Source: Phoronis australis
Taxonomy: Eukaryota; Animalia; Phoronida
NCBI GenBank assembly: GCA_002633005.1
Contig: NMRA01000123.1
Location: forward strand, 845,512-909,511
DNA: 64,000 bases
Direction: 5' to 3'
In this document: one piece after another, positions 52,601 to 63,000 of the stretch
How positions within the stretch are numbered: the first letter of the stretch is position 1
Layout of the letters: every line of letters begins with the position of its first letter
Position numbers and translations under genes: made by a program
Notes under the pieces: generated by a model
Seen by the model: only the letters and a program-made list of their open reading frames with translations
The model's database searches: none
Told to the model about the DNA's origin: nothing

Positions 52601-55600
52601 GTTCATAACTGGAATCCGGCAACTTTATTCAGAGAATTGTTTTGGAACTAGACCTCGCATTTTGGAGAAAGCGTGTGGGTTTTATGTTTTGAGCTATCTC
52701 ACCCACCTTTCTTGTATTCAGTATAAATATTCCGTTACCTACTCTAGAATTCATATTGCTTGGAGAGAGGCTAGCTGCTTGCTTTAAAAATATCACAAGT
52801 TATTCTGTTATTTCTTACTGAAAATTAGTGCAATTTAAGAGGCTGCTAGAAACACCGTATCTTGGTACAGTTTCCCTGAGTTAATATGTTGACTTCATTT
52901 GCAGATTTCATATTGATGCACAGAAAACAGTACGCGACCAGTACCTTACAATCACTTAGTAAACACACAACATAGAACTCTTCAGAGAAATAAGAACAGA
53001 AAAAACATACTTGATCAAATAAATAAGTAATTTGAAGACATGATGACTGCAAATAATTTAACACACTAGTAAAATGATCGCAACGCTTAAAATTTTCAAA
53101 ATCAAGTGACAGACATGAAACTCGTATCAATAGGCTGATGCCATATCAACAGAAAATACGGACACCAGAATCGATAAAAATGCCGAAATAAATAAATTAA
53201 ATTCATAGCCTTGAAAATTTTCAAAATGAAAAACCTGAAAATGAAACGAGTAGGTGTAGAATTAGTACTTCAAAAATGTTAATGACACCTGTCCTCTCTG
53301 TGAAAACAAAGCAGCTCCACTTCATAAAGAGGTTGTCAAGACATCCATGGACAGAGTTTTATTATTCTAACAAATGGCTCATGTCATCACAAAATATCAC
53401 AAAGATCTTATGTAGGATTTTACAATAAGAAGCTGAAAAAAATACACGAAACTGCCAAAAAGTGAGATTCATCCGAAAACTGAAGCCCGTTTCTGTTTCC
53501 TTTTCCTTGTCAGGTACACAGAAACCAAATGAAATCTTACTTTTCCTTTTTAACAGAATGAGAACGTGGCAATATAAAAACACCAAAAGTCTAAAATTAG
53601 GTTCAATTAAGGTACTCAGAATTTTTAGGAAATGGGCAAATAAGTTCCTGTTCTAGACAGAAACATATCTCTCAAACTGAATGAGGTTTTATCACGTGAC
53701 TGGGTTGATAAACATGCAAGCACAAAAACACCCTTGCTAATAGGGGAACATCCACCATCGGATCGGCCTAAAAACTCAGCTTTAGCCGTCATGTCCACAA
53801 AAATATCTCTCTCCTTGAAGATTGGATCTGGAAAAGTATGAAACAGGCAGAGATAACAAGGCAGGTGAGCACAGTCCTTAACAATTTTTCCCAAAATGTG
53901 ATTTGCCATGGCTGACTGGCAGCAATGTTTACACCCTTGTGACTACAAACTTACCTCTCGGCTAGTAGCGCGTTATCCGTGCACACCCCCGTACTCTCAA
54001 AGTCACTCCAGTCACATCCAGGCACACTAGAACAGTTAGCTTTGGATAATCTAGAAATTATATAAGACGTTTTTGCAAAATGAAGTTGATCAAAATGTAT
54101 GGTTTACGTGCACAGCATCACGCCTCAAAACAGATCTCATCAAAGTGTATGGACACGATTGTTACATAGAGCAAGAACTGCGTTATATAACATCAATTAT
54201 GAGATGTTTTTCAGCGACTTGAATGGGCAACGATTTTGCTCTCACACATTAGACAAGCAACAATTTTCCCCCAGTTTTTACACTAATCATGCGAGGAATT
54301 CTAATATTATGTTTCTCAAATTTTCTATGAAAAGAATTTAACTAGATTTGTTTTGCAACAGTGGATATTTGAAATTAAAAATCTCACAAGACCATCCTTA
54401 AAATACTGTAAATGTTTCCCCTTCACTATCCCACTCCTAAGAGGTGGGTAGGGAGGTCAGTAAAATGATTTATTTTTCTACTTTTCATTGTTGGGAAGCA
54501 ACTCATTATCACAAAAAATGCTCATTTTTAATTGAAAAATATTTCTTTTCCAAGACTGTAAATAAAGTGTTTTCAGTTCCACTCATATTTTCGATCGCTT
54601 GTGGGAGGGAAAACCAGGATAATTTCCACTTACATTTCATCAACTAAAATATTTAATTCCTTACCCATCTTCACATGTTCTTGGACACAGGCCATCTATT
54701 CCGCCGACGTATTGTGCCGTAGACACCAGCAATTCCCGCCCCTCAACTTTGATTGACACTTGCTTTTTGTCCACTTTGTCCTTCAGTTTCTTGAACTCAC
54801 TCAACAGGTGGAGCTTTCCGCCAACAGGTTTTGAAATGATGAAAGGAACGTATACCTGTAAAGGTTTATCAAGAGAAAATTATTAGCCATAAAATGTCAG
54901 ACATCATTTTTGGTTGATGTAACAAGAGTATTAAAAGCGTCCACAGCAGGGCCACATGGTTCTAGGGGTGTTTATTAACATCCCAAAAATGGCCATTCGA
55001 TGACACGGACAACGTTGAAAACATGCGAAAATGGGAAGGCATCATTGATACCTCAACAGAAAGCCATTTGCAAAATTTGATGAAAATCTATCAAGGATTA
55101 CTCCTAAGATACAGAAGGAAATGCAAAAAAAGGTGTCAACATGTAGTAGAATACGTTGAATCCGTTCGAAAATAGAAATGTCTTGTCATCTTCATAATAG
55201 AAGCTCATTTGCAACATTTTGTTAAAAAAACATCAAAGAGCTCTGAAGACACAAACACAAACAAAATAAAATTGGCACTATGGGGCACAGCAGTAGTCTG
55301 AGCCATACAAAGGTTGTGGGCAGCACATTAATAGCACAAATTTTACATTAGTAGATGGTTAGATAGGACCGTGGACCCAAAAAGACAAAATCACTACCAG
55401 GTGGTGCCACATTTGTGACATACCTCTCCAAAAATCACCGTTAGCCATGGTCTTCTCATAAGAAACACATCTTTAGTAAGTTTCATAATCATCCGTTGAC
55501 TAGTTTGGCAGATAACAGGGCAGATGCCACAAACGATCAAAATTGTAAATATGGCTATTAGGTGGGCAGGCCACGCTGTATAAGTTTTGAAAATGAAAAG

Positions 55601-58600
55601 TCATAGTCATCTCCTTGCTAGAAACCTACTTGCCAAATGTGGAGAACCTCCACCGATGGACTCTGGAGATACAGAGACAAACGTAAAAATGTGCCACTCA
55701 TAAATTAATGGTTCTTTGAGCGGTTTGGTGGATAGAGAGGCGGATATCAAAAATCAGACTCAAAAAATATAAAGAAAGCAAGAGTGGCCCAGATTACATC
55801 CAATTCATTAAAAAATGGAAAGACATCATTATCTTCTCAACAGAAATCTATTTGCCACATTTCACAAAAATTCTTCACAGAACCCCGAAGGAGCAGAGGG
55901 AAGTGTAAAAACTTAAATTGCCACCAGGGGGCGCCACAGTAGTCATAATACTATAAAACTTGTGGTCATATGTTGCCAGCTTTACAGAAACATTTACCTA
56001 CCAAATCTCTTTGAGATCCAGCAATAGCAGCCGGACGGTGGATCCCTGGATGCACAGACAGAGATGGCGACAATAAGCACTCACTAAGGTATAAGTACCC
56101 ACACAGAAAATCTTAAGTATCAAAACTCTGTTGGTACAATCATGTTAAAAGTTTTATGATGATGAAAGTGAAGACTAAGTTATAAAACCGACAAGTAACA
56201 TGGAATTTCTATGAATTTCAAACAGTTCTCGTTAACTGAGTGCAATCTAAACAGTTGAGTCACTATATTTTTACCACTTACCAGCAGTAACATAAGAGAA
56301 TTTCGTTTAAAAGTCCGTAACTCTCCGATTAATAAAGCATAGCAAGGGGTAGTCAAACTTTCCTAACCTTATCTATCCAGACATTGGACAAGGTTTCGGT
56401 AACCGCTGGGTGCATCACGTTACGAACGATACTGCGTACACTGCCAACAATCTGACTACGAGCCTTGAGTGGGGCGGCCTGGAGAATGGTGTCGAGAGAG
56501 ACACCTGGTGGCATAAACAGACGAATCTGAAGGCTGAAAGATATCCCAGTGTTCACATTAACATTACAATGGCATGAATGTTATAAAATATGATAAAGTG
56601 ACATCCAGGCAGGAGGAAATCTAGAAATTGCTAAAAACGACCTACGTAGATATTTTGAGTGTGTTCACAAAGCAAATGATACAAATCTACAGCATGCAGA
56701 ACACATAACCAGAAAATACCAAAAACAAACTAAAGTTCCAGTGAAACAGTTGATGGCAATACAATGTCGATATTAATCGTAAGTTTTTCTTACTCTTCAG
56801 AGCTGTGTCAGTATTTCGCCAATAAATTGAAATGCGGTAAAAATTAATCAAGAAATTAACGATGGTATCTGAAATATAGGACATTGAAATTTAATTTGAA
56901 GTCAAATTTTCACTATTCTGAAATGTAAAAGGTAGTCAATGTGATATGCTTTTAATTTCCTACACTGCCCGTTACAGCAATCAAGGGCTTGAAAATAGAC
57001 TTTTCAGTCAAAACACCACGCTCATAAGTAAAACATCTCGGTAAAAACCGACACAGACTGCTAAGCATTGTGCCGAAACATATTGTACAGTCATTAAAGT
57101 GTGTTGAATTCACCACAATATTTCAAGGCTGGTTTTTCAACCGTTTTGCTTCTTCGCTCACTGTGTGAATTCATCAGCCGGCATTATTTTGTCGTCAGTC
57201 CTGTAGGCATCTACGTCCCTGTTGGGGCCCACTGTCGCCTTTCTGGTCCAGCTGAATGTACCGTTGAATGCCTGAAGGCTCTCCCACACCGGAGGGTCCA
57301 TCATCGTGCCTTGGATGATGAAACTTAAGCGGGAGCCATGGAAACTAGAGCCCTGAAAACGCCGGGAAAAATCAAATTCACACTAACTAAATCTGATGAA
57401 ACGTGGAACACCCTTATCATAACAAATCTTTAGAAACAAGACAATTATCTGGTAGGAGATACAAGACTTGTGAAATTAACTATGCTCCGAACAAAAAGTA
57501 CCAGGAATTCACACCAACAGGGAAACAATGTACTCTAATGGACCTACGTATACTCAGATTTTTCGAAATATAGACCTACATGTACTTTTGGAGCAACCAT
57601 TTCCCAACAGCCAGTGCAACTTTTGAGGTGCCAGAAATTGAAAGGTGAAAAATACACTGTTTTTTTGAATAAACACCCAAGGGATTACCATCAGAAGTTC
57701 CTGGTTACAACTGCTGATGTTAAAATATGCCTATGGTTATGTAGGACCCTAGAAAAGTGGCCAAAGGTAGCATAAAATATCATATCTCAGAAATGGTTGT
57801 CTGAACTCATATGAGACTTTCAAATCACTATGATTAATGCAAGGTTCTCCAAAACGCTGAAAGAAATTGTGTTTGAAATGTTCCGTTTTTGTATGAGCGC
57901 CGGGTTATCAAAAAATAGGACTTCTATGGGTCTGTACAAAAAATCTAAATTTTCATAAAGAAACATAAAATGATTCAGGAAACTTGGATTTCTTGGTATA
58001 ACAAATTTAAAACGAACTCTCAATGAATATCTTGCCTGCGTTATTTTAAATGAGTGCAAAGCCTTCTGGGACACATTTGGCAGCAGTGCCTCCACCTGGT
58101 GTCTGAAGTTGGATAGTAATTCCTGTTGGCTTGTTTGGTCAAGATCATCCAAAGCATGAACACAAGGGAGGAACACAGACATTTCGGACCTGCCAAAAAG
58201 AAAAATGGTCGATTAGGATCACAAGACAAGTGCCCTGGCTTTCTTTTACCAAAACTGATTTATCAAATACAAGGAAATGGACCGAAATAACCATAGATCG
58301 CTCTTTATGCCATTATTACATGACAAAATATTGCTTTAACTTATTAATGTAATTTTCACGTTAAACACACTATTGTCACGTTTGCACATAATTTTGAATA
58401 CACAAAGATCATGTTATCTTTTTTGAGAAGTTGTCAAGTCATTTGCAATCTTTGTTCTAATCTAGTTTGGTACCCACCATGTATTTAATTGATGGGGAGA
58501 AGCTGAATACCAAACACTTTTTAAAAACAAGAATTAGGATCTAAACTGTTTCTTTTAAATAACACACAATGCAGCGGAACAATAACAATTTATTTTGTCA

Positions 58601-60013
58601 AAATTTTCAACAAGAGCAAACAAGAAGACACATTTGCTTCATTATTTGAAGACTTTACACAACACAGCTGTTGACAACAAACAGCATGGAATTTTGAACA
58701 TTTTTGGCAAGACAGTGAGCATTGTAAAAATGAAAAAGATCAGAATTTTGATCATTGAGTTAGTTCAATATGACAAAATTTTACTGGAACAAAAATCAAA
58801 AAGTGCCAGTTTGATAATTAACTATTTTAGCAAAAGACTAATTTGGCTTTTCAATAATTGCCGACTCAGTGCTACCGGTTTTCAACAACCCTATCCTCTA
58901 TTTGTCCTCTATTTAAAGAAACATGGAATGTGAAATTAAAGCTCATCAAAATTATCTTTTAAACAATTCCTGATGAAAGTACCATCTCACAACGTCTAGT
59001 ACAGAGTAATGAATTCACTTTTCCCTGTGAGAAAATTTCCAGAAAAAACACAAAATTCACGATATTTGAAATATGCGTGAAGAAAAAACTTGTGGTTACC
59101 ACAGAGTTCACAGTCAGTTGATTAAAGTCGTTCCAGGTCAAAGGTCACATTTTCCATATAAGGGAAATGTGCTGTGTCTATGTCTTGCCAAAAGATGGAT
59201 TAGGGCTTTTTTGAAATTTGAAATTAAAAGAAAATGCTTTGACATCAACAGAAATTATTTAATTAAAAATCCTTACGAGCAAACTGTAAAAATACCTGTT
59301 GAGCAGGTTGAATACCAGTGTCAGAGAAGCACTTTCAATTTTGCAATTTAGTCTGTTTATCGCGTTCCAGGCAGAGTATTTTGTAGTTCCAGACTTGAGC
59401 GCAGTAGAATTTGTGGCATATTATATATTTGGCATTCAACCTGGCAATTTTCAGTGCAAAATTCAGGCACCCCATTATTCCTTGGTTCATTGCAAACTAG
59501 GCATCAGAAAGCAATAACCATTGTTGGGCTGCACTCAGCTTAGCTACTCAGGGTAATTGGCCTCTGACCAAATGAATATTAGCTAATTTCATGCCAGTCA
59601 GCAGAATACACAAACTCAATAAACAGAATTAATTCATACATAAGTTGCCATTACCCACAGGAATCCCTTAGGAAGTCTTGGCTTTTCAGTTTTTCTCCAC
59701 CAGGCTTATTAGCAATATGAGGCAAGTGATGTCTTTCAAGAGGTATTCTAGCACAACCAAGAAAATATGATTTAACTGTGATAGTTTTGGTCATTTTTTC
59801 TGGGTTACGAACAAAGAATTTCACTCTACGCAACAGTATGAACTTTATGGTAATGTCCATTTCTGCTGTTGTGTTGAAGAGAATCAAATGGTATTAAACA
59901 CCTTATAGACCACATACTTCTCAGGTAAGAAGCTGTTATTGCCACAGGTGGGCGGTTGATCAAAGTTGCCAAACGTACATCCAGGGATTTTGTTACAGCT
60001 GGTTTCATTGAGG
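13323..60013 (-). CDS. Large single-pass (probably type I) membrane protein with six tandem Cys-knot + two-SEA-like-domain modules, mucin-like stalk and cytoplasmic tail; >=35 exons, ~1835 aa, 5'-incomplete
   Basis: Phase-consistent spliced ORF with no internal stop. Exons in transcription order: 59918-60013, 58036-58189, 57162-57352, 56368-56533, 54665-54855 | 53955-54050, 39052-39202, 38353-38522, 36715-36880, 35113-35300 | 34054-34149, 33766-33916, 33325-33485, 32741-32903, 31395-31585 | 30582-30677, 30040-30181, 29630-29787, 28946-29099, 28168-28328 | 27223-27318, 26457-26604, 25738-25895, 25038-25200, 23419-23603 | 22593-22688, 21751-21904, 21151-21311, 20477-20633, 19474-19643 | 18649-18847, 17801-17896, 15836-16078, 14366-14504, 13323-13624 (TAG). 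All introns are GT-AG except one GC-AG. The domain names are inferred from sequence patterns, not from a search. Confidence 0.88.
14562..14791. mobile_element. MITE with the same CAGGGCTTGGAAT TIRs as 12084-12592
   Basis: CAGGGCTTGGAATGACCAA ... GGAAAATTCCAAGCCCTG. The interior resembles a decayed copy at ~25430-25557. Confidence 0.75.
15434..15734. mobile_element. Fold-back (long imperfect palindrome) MITE, TTAA-flanked, possibly Kolobok-like
   Basis: TATTAAAGTTGAGACTGGTC...GACTGTGATGAATCGTGGGAA.TCTGGTCAC is mirrored by GTGACCAGAGTTCCCACGATTCATCACAGTC...GACCAGTTTCAACTTTAATA; arms are about 110 bp. Confidence 0.7.
15836..18847 (-). CDS. Thr/Pro/Val-rich mucin-like stalk exons and juxtamembrane Cys-containing exon
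   Basis: 18649-18847 LCPTSAPLTTTIVVSTTSDPTTPVPP...TTD; 17801-17896 ASHATVSTTERITTSVATVTTDPVPVSFTADL; 15836-16078 KTMCKSF...NASDLTNAS...CAVTMETCSLCGQVPQSSC...KIR. Confidence 0.85.
16380..17259 (-). mobile_element. Decayed piggyBac element: left end plus disrupted 5' part of the transposase
   Basis: Terminus ...AAAGGG|TTAA at 17255/17256-17259, with a duplicated subterminal motif AAGCGGTCYRCGGTGTTGAA. Minus-strand peptides: an acidic N-terminus (DGDSDVDFSNDE), then VEYFKNFYIDEIFGEIVRVINLNAQRK, ...FYGLQM... and TPAF, matching the PGBD-type N-terminal region, with stops and frameshifts. Confidence 0.75.
19474..22688 (-). CDS. Repeat module 6 (membrane-proximal), 5 exons
   Basis: SNKDTCQSLKGCYWCDLDKVPSCDNDCFLPE / LTMTAFIPC... 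/ ...FTIGPRDRR...DDYT / ...LDYDFTNMV... / NVIVFTLTKP...GHYY. Confidence 0.85.
22715..22960. repeat. ~26-bp minisatellite, about 9 degenerate copies
   Basis: Consensus ACACACAGTACTTGATAACTTGGTAT; accounts for ORFs 22589-22930 (upstream part) and 22660-22968. Confidence 0.85.
23419..27318 (-). CDS. Repeat module 5, 5 exons
   Basis: TTAPSCEREHDCQWCLLDKVPYCGNDCLLQE / VSNITLVLPC... / ...FTIGPDNNP...GDYT / ATLTLKYDDSLDLEK...IQLGK / TTVSFVIQHP...DCGFNC. Confidence 0.85.
25631..25670. repeat. (AAT)n microsatellite
   Basis: About 13 perfect AAT units. Confidence 0.95.
27676..27711. repeat. (AATA)n-like microsatellite
   Basis: AATAAATAAATAAATAATAAATAAAGAAATAAATA. Confidence 0.8.
28168..30677 (-). 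CDS. Repeat module 4, 5 exons
   Basis: SEEVSCHLSVGCDWCIFDGEPHCGQNCTLPE / LHASAFFPC... / SIITFD...LSIGPRLDP...DFT / VKVTSLFSDRDFNK...NLWIVE / NRVSYVISK...GFRDLCPSRC. Confidence 0.85.
31395..34149 (-). CDS. Repeat module 3, 5 exons
   Basis: LNQTTCSQIIGCSWDRLSAPPHCSNNTLLQE / SNHQMFFPC... / GGTISFVV...FNVGPNSSP...DFT / VRIQLNFDGVD...NVWIGK / DNIPFTIKK...GTFYELCPTLC. Confidence 0.85.
35113..54050 (-). CDS. Repeat module 2, 5 exons; its first intron is 14.75 kb and hosts a nested gene
   Basis: 53955-54050 LSKANCSSVPGCDWSDFESTGVCTDNALLAE / 39052-39202 TPVNVFFPC... / ...FTVGTATHP...DFT / MKFNLLYKGVDFDK...NIIIQK / DTLSFSIHK...GSFQQHCPMPC. Confidence 0.82.
35466..35621. mobile_element. hAT-type MITE, same family as 609-810, inverted
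   Basis: CAGTGCTGCAGTGG...ACTACAACACTG; 8-bp TSD ATTCCGAC / ATTCAGAC (7 of 8). Internal GTAGGCGCTACGTT and CCTACGTGCGCCTA are reverse complements of motifs in 609-810. Confidence 0.8.
39820..40290. mobile_element. MITE with ~38-bp TIRs
   Basis: AGCCAATGAGACGATTACACTCTGCGGGGAACGACATT ... AATGTCATTCCCCGCAGAGTATAATCGTCTCATCTGCT. The internal CCCCTCGACCC repeats also occur inverted at ~40744-40780. Confidence 0.75.
42162..51305 (+). CDS. Nested antisense gene: uncharacterised ~252-aa acidic protein with a C-terminal hydrophobic hairpin, 8 coding exons
   Basis: Exons, all introns phase 1: 42162-42216 (AAAATGG start; MADYGEHAFVNEEHNRKE), 46518-46568 (DTAIAQSSGYESLIEHQ), 47047-47109, 48104-48166 and 49161-49223 (each GGALLEYVGPEENEVPEASGT), 50212 or 50221 to 50316, 50482-50595, and 51061-51305 (RDNTGLILALVWLMFLWYPPLLLVVKTMVYAVAVHWFVLFVCEDEEDG...LNH*). 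AATAAA at 51489-51494. The first exon and the acceptor of the 502xx exon are the least certain. Confidence 0.7.
44790..45615. mobile_element. Non-autonomous repeat with a CCCGAGG hairpin and TTTATACCA/TGGTATAAA inverted motifs, possibly Crypton-like
   Basis: TTATCTAGAGCCCGAGGGGCGTTAGCCCCGAGGG...CGAGGGCTCTAGATAA inverted structure at ~44806-44876; TTTATACCA at ~44909 against TGTGGTATAAA at ~45605. The family assignment is from memory of similar invertebrate repeats. Confidence 0.4.
45457..45526 (+). pseudogene. tRNA-like sequence (tRNA pseudogene or SINE head)
   Basis: A-box TGGTGTAGTGG, B-box GGTTCAAATCC, T-stem CCGGG/CCGG and acceptor-like ACTGAG/CTCGGT. The anticodon stem does not pair well. 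Confidence 0.55.
46789..50270. repeat. 1057-bp tandem duplication: 3 near-identical copies plus a diverged partial 4th copy
   Basis: TGTCCACCAAATCTGAGTCC at ~46790, 47847 and 48904, diverged at 49961. ORFs 47249/48306/49363 recur at an exact 1057 spacing. Each unit also has an internal ~60-bp duplication (~47217 vs ~47404). Confidence 0.95.
51595..52436 (-). mobile_element. Truncated, internally deleted non-LTR retrotransposon of the I group (RT tail, RNase H, CCHC finger, GAA tail)
   Basis: Minus-strand peptides ILNWAKKWMVIINR...LEGQNIPHQETPTYL (post-RT region), STNYRAEANAL...VFLTDCRSLLQSL, IPSHCGISGNDEADRLSK (RNase H), ISRLRTGYCQLLSHMHR* and CPCC...EHLLQSC (zinc knuckle). 3' tail GAAGAAGAAAAAGAAG at 51595-51610. 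Confidence 0.88.
54665..60013 (-). CDS. Repeat module 1 (most distal module resolved), 5 exons
   Basis: LNETSCNKIPGCTFGNFDQPPTCGNNSFLPE / SEMSVFLPC...HSFKITQ (GC donor) / ...ATVGPNRD...EFT / LQIRLFMPPGVSLD...NVWIDK / VYVPFIISKP...GIDGLCPRTC. Confidence 0.83.
54921..56090 (+). repeat. Degenerate interspersed repeat with internal GCCACYAGGKGGYGC subrepeats (Helentron/HINE-like)
   Basis: Begins AACAAGAG, like 18075; contains recurring ...CCACCAGGTGGTGCCAC / CCACCAGGGGGCGCCAC blocks that also occur at ~43290-43790; ends near GGACGG/ACAGACAG motifs. Confidence 0.4.
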
Positions 60014-63000
60014 CTGAAAGGACAAAATACAGCATTAACAGACTAGAGATCCTTCGATGGATTAACAGTACATACAAACGCATTACGTTTATTAAAGCCA
60101 AATTATATAAATAGCAAGTAAAAGTTTTCAAAAGGGAATTCATATTTAGCCAAAAGCACATGATCCAAGTAGGCAATTCCATTCTTCACCAAAAGGTGGC
60201 TCCCATCACTGACAGTACAATCCATTCTGAACAAAATTTTAAAATTAAAATTAGAATAACAACTGAAAAATCAAACGTGTCAGAACAGCGCGAATGCCAA
60301 CAGACACACAGTACGTGCATGTCAGCTGACAATCTCTGAAGTTCAAGTGTACTTTCAGTGCACTAACTGTGAATAAAATTTATCTGCATTGTTACAAGCT
60401 TGGTATTTACGCAATTAGCAACAATGGGCTATGACCAGTTGTTGTTCAGCATAATTTAAAGCAATAACTACACTTTTTACGATGGCAGCTACTTTTTTTT
60501 TACTAGCTGGAAGCGATTTTTAAACAGGTCATGGCCCAGGCAAATGTAACACAAGTGCTGCAGACAACAGATGGCGACACATTAAACATGTTGTGAAGAA
60601 TCACGGCAGTCATCTAGAATTTTCCAATATTTTATAACCAGACTCAGTCTATTTTCCACACAAGATACTTATCTGCAATTAGGTGGATGTAAAGTGTGTT
60701 GATAAGGTTAAGTTAGTGAAGTGATTTAATGCACAAAATATCCGACACTCAAACTTTCAATTCACAATTCAGACAAACACTATGCACTTTTCACGCACAC
60801 AAGTGGTAAGTATTACATACATTCACCTTTTTATCTCAAGGAGTCATCTTTCCAAGCCCCTTGAACAATGAGGAATTTTGCAGTTAAAATTTCAACTCAG
60901 ACAGCAAAATGTATAGATTACAGAAATTTGAAGCTGACCGTCACTGGAGCATGAGACTTGAATTCGACAGTGTACAGCATTGTTGTACAGAGCTCAGGTA
61001 ATGCTTGTATAGCTAGAGACAAACTCACTCACGAGTAAGAAAAGTCTAGTTTGGGACAGTGTGGAATTGTAAATCTAAATTTATTTAGGGCAAAACTAAC
61101 TATCTGAGTTGTCACTATTCCATTTTTAAAAAGTTGATTATTTCGATACATATTTTAAAAACTTTACGAAACGCTGTTTTACAACATCTGCACACTGCAA
61201 ACTAACATTAATGTTTTTATTAATTATCTTAACATTTACTCCATTTGAGAATTTTGACAAAATAAAATTTCTATTGTCATTATGTGTTAAATAGGTCAAG
61301 AATTACGTAATCCTAAATGGACGACTGGCAAAAAGCTACACTGACAGCAAAACAACAGTATCAATAACACATTGTCAATAATAAATGATCAAGATCTGGT
61401 CTAAAAAAGGATTAGAGTTTTATAGAATATCATTTTGTTTTCATTTCATGCAACTTATTTTTTTTTGAAATCATGAAAGTCTCAATTGTGATAGAACCTC
61501 ATGCAAAAGAGGAACATTTTTAAACAATTACTAGCAGCGTTTTGGAGAACAGCGCATCAGGCACAATATCTGAAAGTTTCATCAAAAGAATCCAATGACC
61601 ATTTCTAAGAAATGATGCTCCAAAGTTAGGCAAATTTGAAGATTATCTAGGGTCTTGCATAACCTTACTTAACAACAGTGCAGTGTCCTCTGAATTAATC
61701 ATAGCTCATCTCACCAGAATAATTGGCAATTAGGTGGAACAGTTTGGCTATGTGAAGATCACATAACCAGTTTAATCAACATTATTTCAAACAAGCTGGT
61801 GTACACAAACACACCAACCAGACACAGTATAATGAAGGTCATGATCTGGTCAGCACAAAAAGACTCAACTGATAACTTGTAACAGGAAGCCCCAATTCCC
61901 ACCAGGTTTAATTGGTTACATTTGGACAAAAAATAACTGTTAAACTTACTCCTTTGTCGTTTTTCAAAGTCTTCTAACAATGTGAACGTTCACATTTTTT
62001 AAAATATTATCGAATGGTAGCTATGGTGCAGAACATGAACAAGGTAAAGTATTAATTTTATGAAAAGATGAGAAAGTAAAATTTCAGTTGTCCACCACAC
62101 TGCGTCCTGAATTGGCAAAATCTTACAAAATAATCAAGAATCAATGAATTATATTTCTTTAAAAAAACTAGATTGGCTCCAGTTCCATAACAATGAGAAT
62201 TAATGTTTTGACAAAAAAGTATAATTACTATTTGTACCTTATAATTAATTGAAGTCAAAATCAAAAATGTCACTTAAAGTAAATAGCATTCCTTCAAGTA
62301 TGAAAATCACAAAGATGTTGCCAAGAGTAACACACTGAAGTCTCAAAATTTCCCTTCTATGGCAAGACTTGAATTTCATCATCACAAGACATTGTCTACA
62401 ACTAAAATCAAGTCAACAGGTTAAAACCTTGATAACATTAGCTCTGGTGTTTATAGAACAAAATAACGTCAAGCCGTTGTACACCACGTCCGGGGCCCGG
62501 CAGTCTAATTTTTGTACTCGAAATCAAACTCGAAATTATTTTTGGTAGTTTGTATTCTACTTTTGAGCAAACTCAAAATAAATGTCTTTTCACTACATGC
62601 ACACTTTGTTGGCATTGCAAAAATGATTGTGGTGCATTTTTCAGTGTTTGGGACACAATGCCTCCTTTCAGCATCAATTTCATGTGGAGAATTTCTCGCT
62701 TACACTGGTGGCCACTCTGATTCCCTAAGCCCCAGACAACTTTTACCATGCCTATTCAGCACGCCCTTTGTATTGATGAAGATCTGAGCGAATGAAGTGG
62801 AAAGGTAATAGCTAGAATCACTGTCTCAACAATAGTTGTTGTTCATACCCCATTTTGTTTTTTTCTGACATTTGCAGAGTTATAGCCTGCAACTCTGGAG
62901 TGTATATTTTAACCTGGTACATTATAAATATTACAAAATGACTAAAAAGGTTAACTTGTGTTTATCTTCACAAAGGGCCACTTCCCAAAGGAACGATAAG

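Noticed and set aside
59651-59887. 78-aa minus-strand ORF next to the module-1 Cys exon
   Set aside because: Does not fit the cassette pattern; exons 59918-60013 and 58036-58189 join in frame without it.
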